Source: Tubiluchus corallicola
Taxonomy: Eukaryota; Animalia; Priapulida
Length of the DNA: 63,946 bases
Reading direction: 5' to 3'
NCBI GenBank assembly: GCA_030141605.1
Contig: JAQGDQ010001088.1
Location: 1-63,946, forward strand
Part shown: in pieces, positions 51,157 through 63,946 of the stretch
How positions within the stretch are numbered: the stretch's first letter is position 1
How the letters are laid out: each line of letters opens with the position of its first letter
Program-made: the position numbers and the translations under genes
The notes under the pieces: generated by a model
The model's input: only the letters and a program-made list of their open reading frames with translations
What the model was told of the DNA's origin: nothing
Databases searched by the model: none

Positions 51157-51847
51157 TTAACTCGCCAGGTAACTCGTGTGACTAGAGAGCAAAACCTGCT
51201 GCAAGTTACTCTGACAGTGAGCACAGGCTGATACTCATTTCTCTATTCACTACGAGAAATGTCGAGAGTAAGTCGCTGAGGCGTTCACACTAGACAGTAA
51301 CTCGCCAAGTAACTCGTGTGACTAGAGAGCAAAACCTGCTGCGAGTTACTCTCTGACAGTGAGCACAAGCTAATACTCACTTCTCTATTCACTACGAGAA
51401 ATGTCGAGAGTAACTCGTCGAGGTGTTCACACTAGACAGTAACTCGCCAAATAACTCGTGTGACTAGAGAGCAAAACCTGCTGCGAGTTACTCTCTGACA
51501 GTGAACACAAGCTGATACTTCTCTATTCACTACGACTATGAGAAATGCTGAGAGTAACTCGCCGAGGCGTTCACACTAGACAGTAACTCATGTGACTAGA
51601 GAGCAAAACCTGCTGTGAGTTACTCTCTGGCAGTGAGCACAAGCTGATACTCACTTCTCTATTCACTACGAGATATGTCGAGAGTAACTCGTCGAGGCAT
51701 TCACACTCGCCAGGTAACTCGTGTGACTAGAGAGCAATACTTGCTGCGAGTTACTCTCTGACAGTGAGCACAAGCTGACACTCACTTCTCTATTCACTAT
51801 GAGAAATGTCGAGAGTAACTCCGCGTTCATACTAGACAGTAACTCGC
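51157..51847 (+). repeat. ~140-bp degenerate tandem repeat (~5 copies)
   Basis: GTAACTCGTGTGACTAGAGAGCAAAACCTGCTGCGAGTTACTC recurs. Confidence 0.9.
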
Positions 51848-52809
51848 AGGAAGTCATCTCGCAACAACTGTGAGAGAGCTTGCAATGAGACTGCTAGATT
51901 CCAGGTTGCAGAGTGTTAACTGTATCTAAAAATAAGTTGAAAATATGCGCAGCACATTGATGGGAATTTTTTACTTGGAGGTCGTACTGTCATTCATAAA
52001 ATGTGCTAAATTTCAAAATTTGGTTTTTTGTGTTATTATCAGACAAGCGGGCGGTCTAATACTCTGTACAATTCTCTTGTATCGTGAGAATATAAATAAT
52101 TCTGTGGTTAGTTTGTTGTATTTGCTGCAAGAAAACAAAACGCGTGTCACTTTCAGCAAAGGAAATTAATGCAAAGTATTGTGAAGGCACCTTATGAAGG
52201 GTAAACAGCACAGTTTTGCAAGTGTGACGCTAGGGCGGCGCCACGTGTGATGATGGGCCTCTGCGTGCACGTCTTTGTAATCCGAATTTTAGCCCATGGC
52301 TAGTAGACATACTGAATCACTTCTCTTTGCATTTTATTACATCGTTTGAGGATTCTCTTGAAACTTCTACACGTAGACATCAAGTGATTTTTCGTGTATG
52401 TGTGAGCTGCAAGTGGATAACTGCAACTAGGCATGTTAATGCTTTTTTTCCATTACTGCGCTGCACTTATTAATTTACTATAATATTGCATAATGACAGC
52501 TGCTTCTTACAAAGTTGTGTGGTCACTTCACAGTTATCCGTGCTTATTTTTACTGAAATGAAATTTAAAATTTAAAAGTTTGAAAATGAACATAAAAAAT
52601 TAATTGGTGTCACTGACGTGTGATCGCTACATTTTCAACATATTTCTAGTGGAGATTAAAAGCAGTTGACAAAACTATAGTTGAAATCATGCCAATTCAT
52701 TCTGATTGTCTATTTACTCTTTCCTCGGTTAATTTAATAACCATACATGTTTCGTGCCACAGTATAAATGTTGAACTAATTAATGAATGATAATGATAAC
52801 AGTAGTCAA

Positions 52810-53400
<591 letters not shown>

Positions 53401-53946
53401 AAGCACGGATATTATTTACATACAAGAAGACAAATTAATTTAAAAGGACGCCACATATTATAACATTTATCTCAATTGACACTTTGATAAAAAATTAAAA
53501 TTCTTGTTTTCAGTACAGTTTATACAATCATTTGTATGATGTGAACTTAACTCACAGCTTTTTTACAATTTTATGAGATAATACATGAAAATATCTAAAT
53601 ACGTCTTCTACAGTAACATTATTTTCTATGACAATTTTACCCAAGTTGAAACCCATTATTGAGTTTACGTCATATAAGGTATGTTTGGCTATAAAGTTAA
53701 TTATCGAGTTACTACTAGTTTTACATGCTGTATAGAATTTAAGAAACCGTTTTGCAAATTGCTTACTCGACTGAACGGTAACAGCAGTATGGCGCAAAAT
53801 GAAAGTGAGAGCTCTATAGGGCAGTTTCCATAATTTATGGATAACTATATTCCAAGCTCCATTTCTTTAAGGCTCACTCAAAGTCGTAATTATATATTAT
53901 CTTTTCCTTTCTCATTTTTCAGGTTTATTGCTCTCATACCATTGCT

Positions 53947-55454
53947 ATTATTACATCATTTACTTCATCCTTATTTACATTAAGTTATCTACAGCAGCAT
54001 GCATAACTATAATCATTTTTTCATTTAAGTAAGGTGAGTGTGTTAATTACCATATGGCCGTACACTCACCTAGCACTACTCAAATTATTACATCATTTAC
54101 TTCATCCTTATTTACATTAAGTTATCTACAGAAGCATGCATAACTATAATCATTTTTCATTTAAGTAAGGTGAGTGTGTTAATTACCATATGGCCGTACA
54201 CTCACCTAGCACTACTCAAATTATTACATCATTTACTTCATCCTTATTTACATTAAGTTATCTACAGAAGCACGCATAATTATAATCATTTTTTCATTTA
54301 AGTAAGGTGAGTGTGTTAATGACCGTATGGTCGTACACTCACCTCGCACTACTCAAATTATTACATCATTTACTTCATCCTTATTTACATTAAGTTATCT
54401 ACAGAAGCATGCATAATTATAATCATTTTTTCATTTAAGTAAGGTGAGTGTGTTAATGACCGTATGGTCGTACACTCACCTCGCACTACTCAAATTATTA
54501 CATCATTTACTTCATCCTTATTTACATTAAGTTATCTACAGAAGCATGCATAATTATAATCATTTTTTCATTTAAGTAAGGTGAGTGTGTTAATGACCGT
54601 ATGGTCGTACACTCACCTCGCACTACTCAAATTATTACATCATTTACTTCATCCTTATTTACATTAAGTTATCTACAGAAGCATGCATAACTATAATCAT
54701 TTTTTCATTTAAGTAAGGTGAGTGTGTTAATGACCGTATGGTCGTACACTCACCTCGCACTACTCAAATTATTACATCATTTACTTCATCCTTATTTACA
54801 TTAAGTTATCTACAGAAGCATGCATAACTATAATCATTTTTCATTTAAGTAAGGTGAGTGTGTTAATGACCGTATGGTCGTACACTCACCTCGCACTACT
54901 CAAATTATTACATCATTTACTTCATCCTTATTTACATTAAGTTATCTACAAAAGCATGCATAATTATAATCATTTTTTCATTTAAGTAAGGTGAGTGTGT
55001 TAATGACCGTATGGCCGTACACTCACCTCGCACTACTCAAATTATTACATCATTTACTTCATCCTTATTTACATTAAGTTATCTACAAAAGCATGCATAA
55101 CTATAATCATTTTTCATTTAAGTAAGGTGAGTGTGTTAATGACCGTATGGCCGTACACTCACCTCGCACTACTCAAATTATTACATCATTTACTTCATCC
55201 TTATTTACATTAAGTTATCTACAAAAGCATGCATAACTATAATCATTTTTCATTTAAGTAAGGTGAGTGTGTTAATGACCGTATGGCCGTACACTCACCT
55301 CGCACTACTCAAATTATTACATCATTTACTTCATCCTTATTTACATTAAGTTATCTACAAAAGCATGCATAATTATAATCATTTTTTCATTTAAGTAAGG
55401 TGAGTGTGTTAATGACCGTATGGCCGTACACTCACCTCGCACTACTCAAATTAT
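53947..55454 (+). repeat. 136-137-bp tandem repeat (11 copies), each with an internal hairpin
   Basis: Spacing 54061/54197/54334. AGGTGAGTGT...ACACTCACCT stem in every unit. Confidence 0.96.
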
Positions 55455-55601
55455 TTTATTTAAAGTTTATTAATGTGTTTGATATTGTATTTTTTGATAT
55501 GTGAAATAAATTTCATTAGTTCATAGTATCGATAAAATGTATTTTCGAATTATTTAACCTCCAACTCTAGCAACCTGCATTGATTTATTTACTAATTACA
55601 G

Positions 55602-55735
55602 GAAATGACGGTGGAGTCACTGAAGAGGGATCTGGAGTCGTGGAGAGAAATCCTGCTGCCCATTCATCGGTTTCTCATCTGGGAGCAGAAGTACTTTGCT
55701 GGTATCATCATGGGAGTGGTGACTTTAAACTTCCT
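55602..55735 (+). CDS. ARL6IP1: ARL6IP1 (ER-shaping, reticulon-like) conserved exon
   Basis: EMTVESLKRDLESWREILLPIHRFLIWEQKYFAGIIMGVVTLNFL resembles vertebrate ARL6IP1 (L.GW.E...L.WE....IMGVV). Acceptor ttacag, donor gtatgt, 134 nt. Confidence 0.88.
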
Positions 55736-56489
55736 GTATGTGTAACCCAAATTATTGCTCATAATTTAAATTTGGCTTAGTGGTGGCAGCACTGGCACTG
55801 TTTGCAATAATAAACATCATGGTCGAAGACTATGTTCAGGAAAAAATGCTAAGAACTCAGTAAACTGGAAATGCTAATAATTATGTAATTATGCAGCTTA
55901 TTAAATGAGATTTGTAATGCATTTTTTTAATAACGTTAATGACATCCTTATTCTTCTTCCTTGTTAACCGTCTTTGTGTGTGAAGTGGATATCTGTTAAA
56001 ATAAAATATTTGCAGTCTCTTCCTCTGTAAAGAGCATGTCCTTATTTTTCCTAGACTCAGTTAGTTGCAAGAATCATTTTTTGCTTACCCTGGTTTGCAA
56101 ATTCTGTAAAGTTGGGAGGGGTTCGTTTCATCAACTGTTCGACACTCAGAAAGTTGATATTTTGCACCTAGTGGCAAGAAATAGTACTAAATGGTAATCT
56201 TCTAGAACTACAGTAATGTTATATTTAAAAAAATCCTTTCAGACCTTTGAATGGGGCCTATTGTTAACAATGATGGTATTGTCGTTGTCGTCATCATCAT
56301 TTCCGTTATTGCTTGCAAGAACAAAGAAGCCAACACTGGTAACAACATCAACAGTACCAGCAAGACATCAACTCCTTCCCCTGTCTTCTCCTTCATTTTC
56401 TTTGGCTTATTTTTACCTTCCCCTTTAACCTGTTATCTTTACCACCTTTGTCTTTCCAGCTTTGCCTTTTTAGTTCCAGCTTTTTTGTA

Positions 56490-57075
56490 TTTGCTTTTTT
56501 GTCTGTTGACCTTTGACCAGTTGCCGTGGTAACGCATTGCCTTTGGTGTTATATTTATTTGTGTCATCTTCACATTGATTTTTTAAATTTGCTTTTTTGT
56601 CTGTTGACATTTGACCAGTTGCCATGGTAACACATTGCCTTTGGTGTGATGTTTTATTTATATCATCTTCACATTGACTTTTTAAATTTGCTTTTTTGTC
56701 TGTTGACCTTTGACCAGTTGCTGTGGTAACGCATTGCCTTTGGTGTGATATTTTATTTATATCATCTTCGCATTGACTTTTTAAATTTGCTTTTTTATCT
56801 GTTGACCTTTGACCAGTTGCTGTGGTAACGCATTGCCTTTGGTGTGATATTTTATTTGTGTCATCTTCACATTGATTTTTTAAATTTGCTTTTTTGTCTG
56901 TTGACCTTTGACCAGTTGCCGTGGTAATGCATTGCCTTTGGTATGATATTTTATTTATATCATCTTCGCATTGACTTTTTAAATTTGCTTTTTTATCTGT
57001 TGACCTTTGACCAGTTGCTGTGGTAACGCATTGCCTTTGGTGTTATATTTATTTGTGTCATCTTCACATTGATTT
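56490..57075 (+). repeat. ~99-bp minisatellite (~6 copies)
   Basis: Unit TTGCTTTTTTGTCTGTTGACCTTTGACCAGTTGC...CATTGACTTTTTAAA. Confidence 0.93.
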
Positions 57076-57313
57076 TGTAGCTTTGTCTTTATTTTGCTTT
57101 TTTTGAAACAGTTTAGACCACTGACCAAACAAAGATGCAAATCAGAAACTATGTATATTATATACGATCACAAGCATATTAATTAATTCTTTTAAAATCA
57201 GATCCTGAACGTTCTCCGATTTTTGACCAAATTATTTTATCATTAATTTTTTATATTATTTGTATAGGCATGTATAGTACATTAACAAGCATTAACTTAT
57301 TGATTTTTTGCAG

Positions 57314-57433
57314 TTTGTTATGGTATCTGGACCCATCAATACTCACGATTCTTTCTATCTACGGTCTGATTTTGTGTATACTCGACTACGTTGTGCCGCT
57401 TGCTTCTGCCAGCGTATTCGATGCGGATAATTG
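57314..57433 (+). CDS. ARL6IP1: ARL6IP1 next exon; further exons are not found in the window
   Basis: LLWYLDPSILTILSIYGLILCILDYVVPLASASVFDADNW matches the YLDPS...DYLVP...W pattern. Boundaries ttgcag/gtgagt, 120 nt, phase 2 consistent. Confidence 0.9.
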
Positions 57434-57703
57434 GTGAGTCTATTGTGCGCCTGTTTTAAAAATTCAAAGATTATTTTTGCCGATGGTCTGAGAGAATGAT
57501 TTATTGGAATGAAATGTCGTCATGAATGACATAATTTTTATCATATCACAAGTAGGCTTTATTAATTAAGTTAATTAATTAATTAGACTGTTAATTAATT
57601 AACTTCAAACGTTCAGTTGCAGTACATTATTTGTCTGAATTTAATAAAAACTTTAAAACTCTTTAGTTGCACTGTATAACTTAAAGATGCATGTGCATTA
57701 AGA

Positions 57704-58223
57704 CAGGGATGAGAATTTTGCGCGGATACGCGGAATTCCGAGTTTTTGGAAGACCAGTAGTGCCATTTTTGCAAATCGCGTAAATTCGTTGAGAAAATTT
57801 TTACGGACCCAGTACATTATTTCACAAGCTGACCGCTAGTTGGCAGGCCGTCAGTTTGTTTACATCACGTACATCAGTGTAACCACGTGTAGATCTCTAT
57901 GTATAAAAATATAGAATCAATTGTGCGGAGTTATTTGGGTCAATTGCAGACAGTTTTTATATACTTTTGCATAGGAGCGGCCAGTACTTAGGCGTTTTTG
58001 AGACAATTAGGTATCATGTATCCTTGATAGTTGGGTATTTTAAATTATGCATGAAACAAGGTAATTGATAATTTAAGTCCACTTAGAGGTTCTCTATGGT
58101 CTCAGTATTGCATTTTGTTGCTGACTCCAAGGGGGCTCCCTTGAACCCCATTGGGGACCTAGGTGGCCCCAAAACCCCCGGCCTGTTTCAGAGTTTTTTT
58201 GCAATTTGTCATTCTCATCCCTG
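57704..58223 (+). mobile_element. hAT-like MITE (520 bp), copy 3 with a perfect TSD
   Basis: TIR CAGGGATGAGAAT / ATTCTCATCCCTG. 8-bp TSD CATTAAGA at 57696-57703 and 58224-58231. Confidence 0.92.
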
Positions 58224-58501
58224 CATTAAGAGCGTATGTTTTCCTCTGCGGTTTAGGTAAGGAGGCCATATGTAGTTATGAGTTCCAGCTATGAAATGAA
58301 TAATATTACACAATAGGTATTTCTTGCTCATGTTGTTCACGTACATATATTGTCCGTTTTGCAAAGCTGTTAACATTTGATTCATAAAAATTCTCCAAAA
58401 CACTTAGAATTTCGGGTATTCTGCAACAAAAGATGTACCTTTTCAATAAAATAGAAAACAAATTCCATATTTGCGAGTATTAATACTAGTACTCTTTTCA
58501 C

Positions 58502-58694
58502 TAAAAAGTCAATGCCGAAGATGATATAAATAAAATATCACCAAAGGCAATGCGTTACCATGGCTTTGGTCAAAGGTCAACAGACAAAAAGCAAATTTAT
58601 CAATGTGAAGATGATATAAATAAAACATCACACCAAAAAGGCAATGTGTTACCATGGCAACTGAGTCAAATGTCAACAGACAAAAGCAAAATTT
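58502..58694 (-). repeat. Inverted, indel-rich two-unit copy of the 99-bp host minisatellite at the host/bacterial junction
   Basis: Reverse complement of units in 56490-57075 with small indels. Confidence 0.9.
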
Positions 58695-59198
58695 ATATCC
58701 AAAGGGGTTTGTGTTTGCTTCAGGTGCCGGCAGTCCGCCGCAATATGACATAAAACTTGTGATTTTTCCACCTCTCTTTTCTACATCATGAACGATTCTC
58801 ATGGCAGACATATGATCAATCCCCGGATCTACACCGCACTCATTTAAAATTACAATATTTTTCGATTTTGCAGATCCTTCAAGCGCTTTCATCTCAGGAC
58901 TTACATAAGATGTTGTTGCCATATTTGTGTTTAATTCGATACACAGTTCAGCAATTTCAGCATGAAAATTTGCCGGCAATAAGCTTACCACAAGATCAAC
59001 ATCTTCAATCATTCTTTTCAAAGCATCTTGCTGATCAACCGTCCATTCAATCGCCTTCCCGTTAGGATGCTCACCGATTAAATCTTCGGCCTTGGATACT
59101 GTGCGGCTGGCCACCCAAACATTTATATTATGTTTTAATAAATATTCTACTAGAGGACGAGTTACTAACCCGGCTCCCAATATTAATACTGTTTTCAT
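58690..59198 (-). CDS. Bacterial saccharopine dehydrogenase (NADP-binding), 3'-truncated at the junction
   Basis: LILGAGLV Rossmann motif, VVSLLP, TTSYVS, NECGVDPGIDHM and SYCGGLPAPE...NPFGYKF, after which the frame runs into host repeat. RBS AAAGGA upstream. Confidence 0.92.
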
Positions 59199-59213
59199 TG
59201 TGTTTCCTTTAAT

Positions 59214-60514
59214 TTATAAATATTGTTCAAGATATTTGTACTCGGCCGTAAGATTGCCCCTGTGCAATATCAATCCTTTTAGTAATTCTTCCGGCAACTG
59301 CAAACGCGAATAATTCACATCATAATTGGTGTCTTTCATCTTAGGCAAAAGACCAACCAGTACTTTGCTGAATGATTTTGATGCCTCTTCTGCCAATTCG
59401 CAAGGTAAATTATCAACAGCCATAATAACTGGTCCGTCACCTTTTACGCCATCCGCGATCGACGCGCCTATTGGATCATAAACATATACCGGATTTCCTG
59501 ATTCTGTCGATTTGACGGTACATTGCACAGTCCCATCAATATCGCAACTGATGTCTCCAATTGCTTTTAACTTGGGAGTATTTGATTTTGACCATAATTC
59601 TCTAAGATAATCTAATGTGATCATTCATTAGTTATTGCGTGCTCTAATAAATGCAATTAATTAACATAGTTAAGTGCGGGACATACTGCTCAAATTGTGA
59701 TTCATATTTGTCCGGACTATCATAATAATCTTGCAACTTAAATTTTTCAGCGTGGGCTTTGGACGAACTAAATCTTTTTCTTTAAATACAATTTTGTACA
59801 ATTCTTTTTTGAGCGTTGTCATTGTGATGTGCTTTGCGCAGTAATTCTTGTGGAGAAATTTCTTTATGCGGAAATATATCAAATATTTCTTGTGCTCCAT
59901 TTGAAACATTCCCATATCCGCTAAACCCACATGCTATCGGAGCAATGTTCTTTGGTAGTCCGATATTTAAAATCTCTTTAGCAATTTCTCCCAAGTGATC
60001 TTTGCGCTTTTTGATCCTTATATTTATACGTCTTTTTTATTTTTGCAAACGGAGTATCGTATCCTTCAAATTCCAACCGCTGTCCCAATGCCCAAAAGGA
60101 GTCGATCATACCTGCTAATCCTGCATGCCTCCCGAAAAATATTATACGATTATTATTTCTGTCAACAATTCGTTCATAATCGATTAACTGTGTTTTGCGG
60201 TCCATCATTATTTTTAACAACGGCATGTTGTAGTCCTGCCCTTTTATCGTGTGAGAAAAGAAAATATATGTTTTTCCCTCTTTAATAAATTTGATGGGCA
60301 TTTCTTTTACCCCAAGAATGACCGAGCAGCTTGACAAATCCTCTGAGATACGTGCGCCAACATCAGCGTATTCTTGGTCAGAAAAGATCCTTATAGCGGA
60401 GGGCTGTAAGAGTACTTCAATATTATTTTGTATTAATTCCTTAACATCAGAAGGAATTAAAGGCACGCGGGCTTCCCATTCGTTTTTATCTTCTCGTCGA
60501 ATTCCTATTTTCAT
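59214..60514 (-). CDS. Bacterial lysine-ketoglutarate reductase-like enzyme (AlaDh/PNT fold), frameshifted into several ORFs
   Basis: MKIGIRREDKNEWEARVPL, GVKEMP, FFSHTIKGQ, IDYE, FGRHAGLAG, GYGNVSNGAQ, IGDISCDIDG and MAVDNLPCEL across ORFs 59978-60514, 59782-59994 and 59214-59624. Lies 15 bp upstream of the saccharopine dehydrogenase. Confidence 0.9.
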
Positions 60515-60884
60515 GCTTCTTATAGATATTGTATGGTTTCACTTAAAGAATTTGATTGAAGCTACGCAGTTTTTTAATATGAATTAAAGCGGTTTAAGAA
60601 TTATTTAGAAGCCTAAATCTACCTACGGTCAGCGAGCTCCCCAATAATGCTATTTAGGCTAGATTCGTTATCTGCAAAAATAATTTGACTTGGCCACAAT
60701 TGTTTCGTCTCCGAAAATCCATTAACTGCTCCTATGAGAATTGAGCCGAATTAGTAATGAAATAATTGAAAGTTATGTGTTTTTAATATAACAAATTGCT
60801 GACTATCTCTTGTGAGATATTATTGTCGTATAATATGCTATCCATTCGCTAATTTATAACAACCTATCTGTTATAGAGGAATTT

Positions 60885-63211
60885 ATGAAAAATCATGTTT
60901 TGGCAATTTTAATACTTGTTTCTGCAATATGTGTCGTGCGCATGAAAAAATACTGCCGCGAATAAATTTGCGCAGCTGCATGAAACTTCAACCACAAATG
61001 CTTATCGAACGGCATCGGGCGCGCCCGAGACATAAATACTGGCAGCAAAAGCAGATTACGAAACTGAACATTGAACTAAACGATGAATCTCAGGTTCTTT
61101 CAGGAACTGGGCAAATAACTTATTATAATTCTACCTGATGTGCTTGAATATTTTGTGGCTTCAGCTCGATCAAAAATGTGCGAAAAAGGCATTCTCATTC
61201 CCACAAACCAAAACTCACATGAGTGAAGACAAAATGAACACGAACTATTCATAGAATGCACTCAGATTATGAGGGTGGATTTAATATTGAATATATTACA
61301 GACGGCTCAGGTAAAAACCTGCCACATAAAATAGTTGATACGATGATGCGTATCGATTTGCCCAAACCCCTTAAGCCCGGCAATTCAACAGCAATCAACC
61401 TCAAGTGGTGGTACAATGTTAATGACCGCATGAAAATTGGCGGACGTTCCGGCATGGAGTTCTTCGACGAAGACAGTAATTACGTATATACAATAGCACA
61501 GTTTTATCCTCGAATGGCAGTTTATAATGATATAGAGGGGTGGCAAAACAAGCAGTTTTTTGGGAGAGGAGAATTTGCCCTAACTTTTGGTGATTTTGAC
61601 GTCAAAATCACCGTTCCTTCAGATCATATTGTCGCCGGTACCAAGCCGTTAACAACAAGGTGCTGACTTTTTTATAGTTGCAGCTTCGCCGACTAAAAAA
61701 GGCTCGTAGTTCACGGCTGCATCCTGTATTTATAGTGACGGAAGACGAAACAGAAAATAGATTAAAGAAAACAACCAACAAAAAACATGGCGTAGCAAGC
61801 AATTAACGTTCGCGATTTTGCATTTGCGTCATCGCGTAAATTTATTTGGGATGCGATGGGCGTAAAAATTGGTGGTCGCACAGTTACATGGCAATATTAA
61901 AAGCACTATCCCCAAAGAGGCAATCTACATGGGAAAAATATTCCACAAAAGTTGTTGCTCACACTCTCAAAACATATTCAAAGTTCACCTTCGATTATCC
62001 CTATCCACAAGCTACTTCTGTGCATTCAAAATGGATTGGAATGGAATATCCCATGGTAGCTTTTAACGGTGGCAGGCCGGAGTCCGATGGAACCTACAGT
62101 AAGCGCACTAAATATGCGATGATTGGTGTTGTTATTCATGAGATCGGTCACAACTATTTTCCGATGATCGTTAACAGCGATGAACGGCAGTGGACATGGA
62201 TGGACGAAGGTTTGAATACTTTTTGCAAACATTGAAAGGCAGCAGACTGATTATCATCTTGAATCAATAAAACATATGGCCAAATACATGAGCGGAAATA
62301 GAAGCTCAGGTTCGATCATGACCAATTCCGAATCGCTGACTCATTTTGGCGACAATTCCTATGGAAAGGTTGCGCTTGCTCTCAATGTTTTGCGAGAAAC
62401 TGTTCTTGGCCGAGATCTTTTTGATTATGCGTTTAGAACCTATGCAAATCGTTGGAAATTCAAAAATCCTGCCCCTGCCGATTTTTTCCGCACAATGGAA
62501 GATGCGTCAGCTATTGATCTGAATTGGTTTTGGCGAGGATGGTTCTACTCAATTGACCATGTTGACATCGCTCTAAGTGATATTAAATGGCTTAAAATCG
62601 ACACAAAAAATCCTGTTGTAGAAAAACCACGCAAACAGGAGATTCGTGAAAACCGTCCCGAAAACATTACTGCGATACGCAATGAAACTGAGTTGCCGAT
62701 TCGTGCAATTGAAAAAGACACTTCTTTGAGGGTGATTTCTACAACCACTATGATCCGCTGGACATTGTGCCAAAAGATTCTGTAGACTATTCAAAATTCG
62801 TTGAGAATCTAAATGCGAATGACGAAAAATTAGTAAATGCCGATTATAACTATTATCAAGTATCATTCAGTAATATCGGCGGTTTAGTGATACCATTGTT
62901 ATCGAATTTGAATTTGAAAATGGCGATAAGGAACTTATGCGTATCCTGCAGAGATTTGGCGTTATAACGACCAAAATATCAAAGTATTGTTGTCTTCGAA
63001 AAGAAAGTTAAAAGGAATCATGTTAGATCCACATTTGGAAACAGCAGATTCAAATTATGATAATAATTCCATGTTGGCTCCGGCTGATTACAATACCTTT
63101 GAATTAATTAAAGACAGAAAACCTAAACCAAACCCAATGCAACTGCACAGGAAGGCGGAAGAATCATTGAATTCAGAAAAAGAGGAGCCACAAGACACTC
63201 CCGCGCTCTAA
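60885..63211 (+). CDS. Bacterial M1-family zinc aminopeptidase with a signal peptide, multiply frameshifted
   Basis: RBS AGAGGA then ATG AAA AAT and a hydrophobic leader. Fragments carry [28 protein letters not shown]-x18-E (WMDEG), YGK and [20 protein letters not shown]. Confidence 0.9.
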
Positions 63212-63249
63212 GCGTAGACGGGCAATGTAACTAACAAAAACACCATGAT

Positions 63250-63946
63250 ATGAATCATAGGATTGTATTTATCACCTCATAATTGCATTGCTTGCTGTAA
63301 GCGTTTCATCAATTATCGCACGTTTCCTGCCTGACATTTCTGCGGTTGTTATTTCTTTCTGGCGCCTGGCGATTGCAAGCGCAATTCTTTGGCTATATTC
63401 AATTATAAGAAGAGAAACTTCATTAAACAGACGCAACATGCACCTATTTTTCCTGTCAGGACTGTTTTTGGCTATTCATTTATGTTTACGGTGCCGTTAA
63501 GCTGACGAGTATCGCAAACGCCACACTGTTGGGAATTACAGCCCCAATGTTCACAATAATATTTGAGAAATTGGTCTACAAAAGGACTTTAAAGCCGATG
63601 GTATTGCTTGGTATAACTTTCGCATTTGGCGGGACGCTAGTATAACCGCCACGGAAATATTCAGCAGTAAGCATTGGTTAGGAATGGTTTCAGGCTATTG
63701 GCCGCTTTAAGTCTCGCCCTTGTTTACATTTTGTCGGAAAAAATCCGCCGCGACACTAGCACTATTGTTTTACACGCGGACATTATATTCAGTTGCTGCT
63801 GTATTCTTGGCGCTATCTGCGACTATTAGCGGTCATAACATTATAGACGTGGAATATGGTGATATCATTTGGTTGTTAGGGCTGGGTATCGTGCCAACTA
63901 TTTTGGGACACAGTTTATTGTACTATTCAATTAAATATGTTTCGCC
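63250..63946 (+). CDS. Bacterial EamA/DMT-family transporter, frameshifted and running off the window end
   Basis: Hydrophobic AVSVSSIIAR...ISFWRL...SGLFLAIH, then TSIANATLL and LGLGIVPTILGHSL in other frames. Confidence 0.8.

Noticed and set aside
58509-58690. C-terminal 60 aa of the 229-aa saccharopine dehydrogenase ORF as a novel fusion domain
   Set aside because: It is read-through into the inverted host minisatellite beyond the junction.
59214-63946. Programmed frameshifting or true pseudogenisation of the bacterial genes
   Set aside because: Indels are scattered through the genes and also the adjacent host repeat copy while motifs stay intact, which is better explained by uncorrected read error.

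Overview
Positions 1 to about 58,690 are AT-rich, intron- and repeat-rich animal (invertebrate-type) genomic DNA. From about 58,690 to the end the sequence is gene-dense bacterial DNA with many frameshifts. The animal part opens with a 6.7-kb foldback structure: ~2.3-kb inverted arms with TGT...ACA ends around LINE fragments. It also holds an aminergic-type class A GPCR exon, a complete 4-exon UBE2S on the minus strand, and a divergently oriented ARL6IP1 whose 3' exons are missing. The ~29-kb first intron of ARL6IP1 contains three acidic phase-0 candidate exons with LIR-like motifs, the best candidate for an undescribed system here (long, possibly ER-phagy-type isoforms). Repeats include 5S-rRNA-headed SINEs with an RTE-like tail, hAT-like and Merlin-like MITEs with TSDs, and about a dozen minisatellites. 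The bacterial tail carries a split LKR/saccharopine dehydrogenase pair, an M1 peptidase and an EamA transporter. It is joined through an inverted copy of a host minisatellite, which fits a chimeric read or contig better than true HGT. All calls were made by eye, and no database searches were run.
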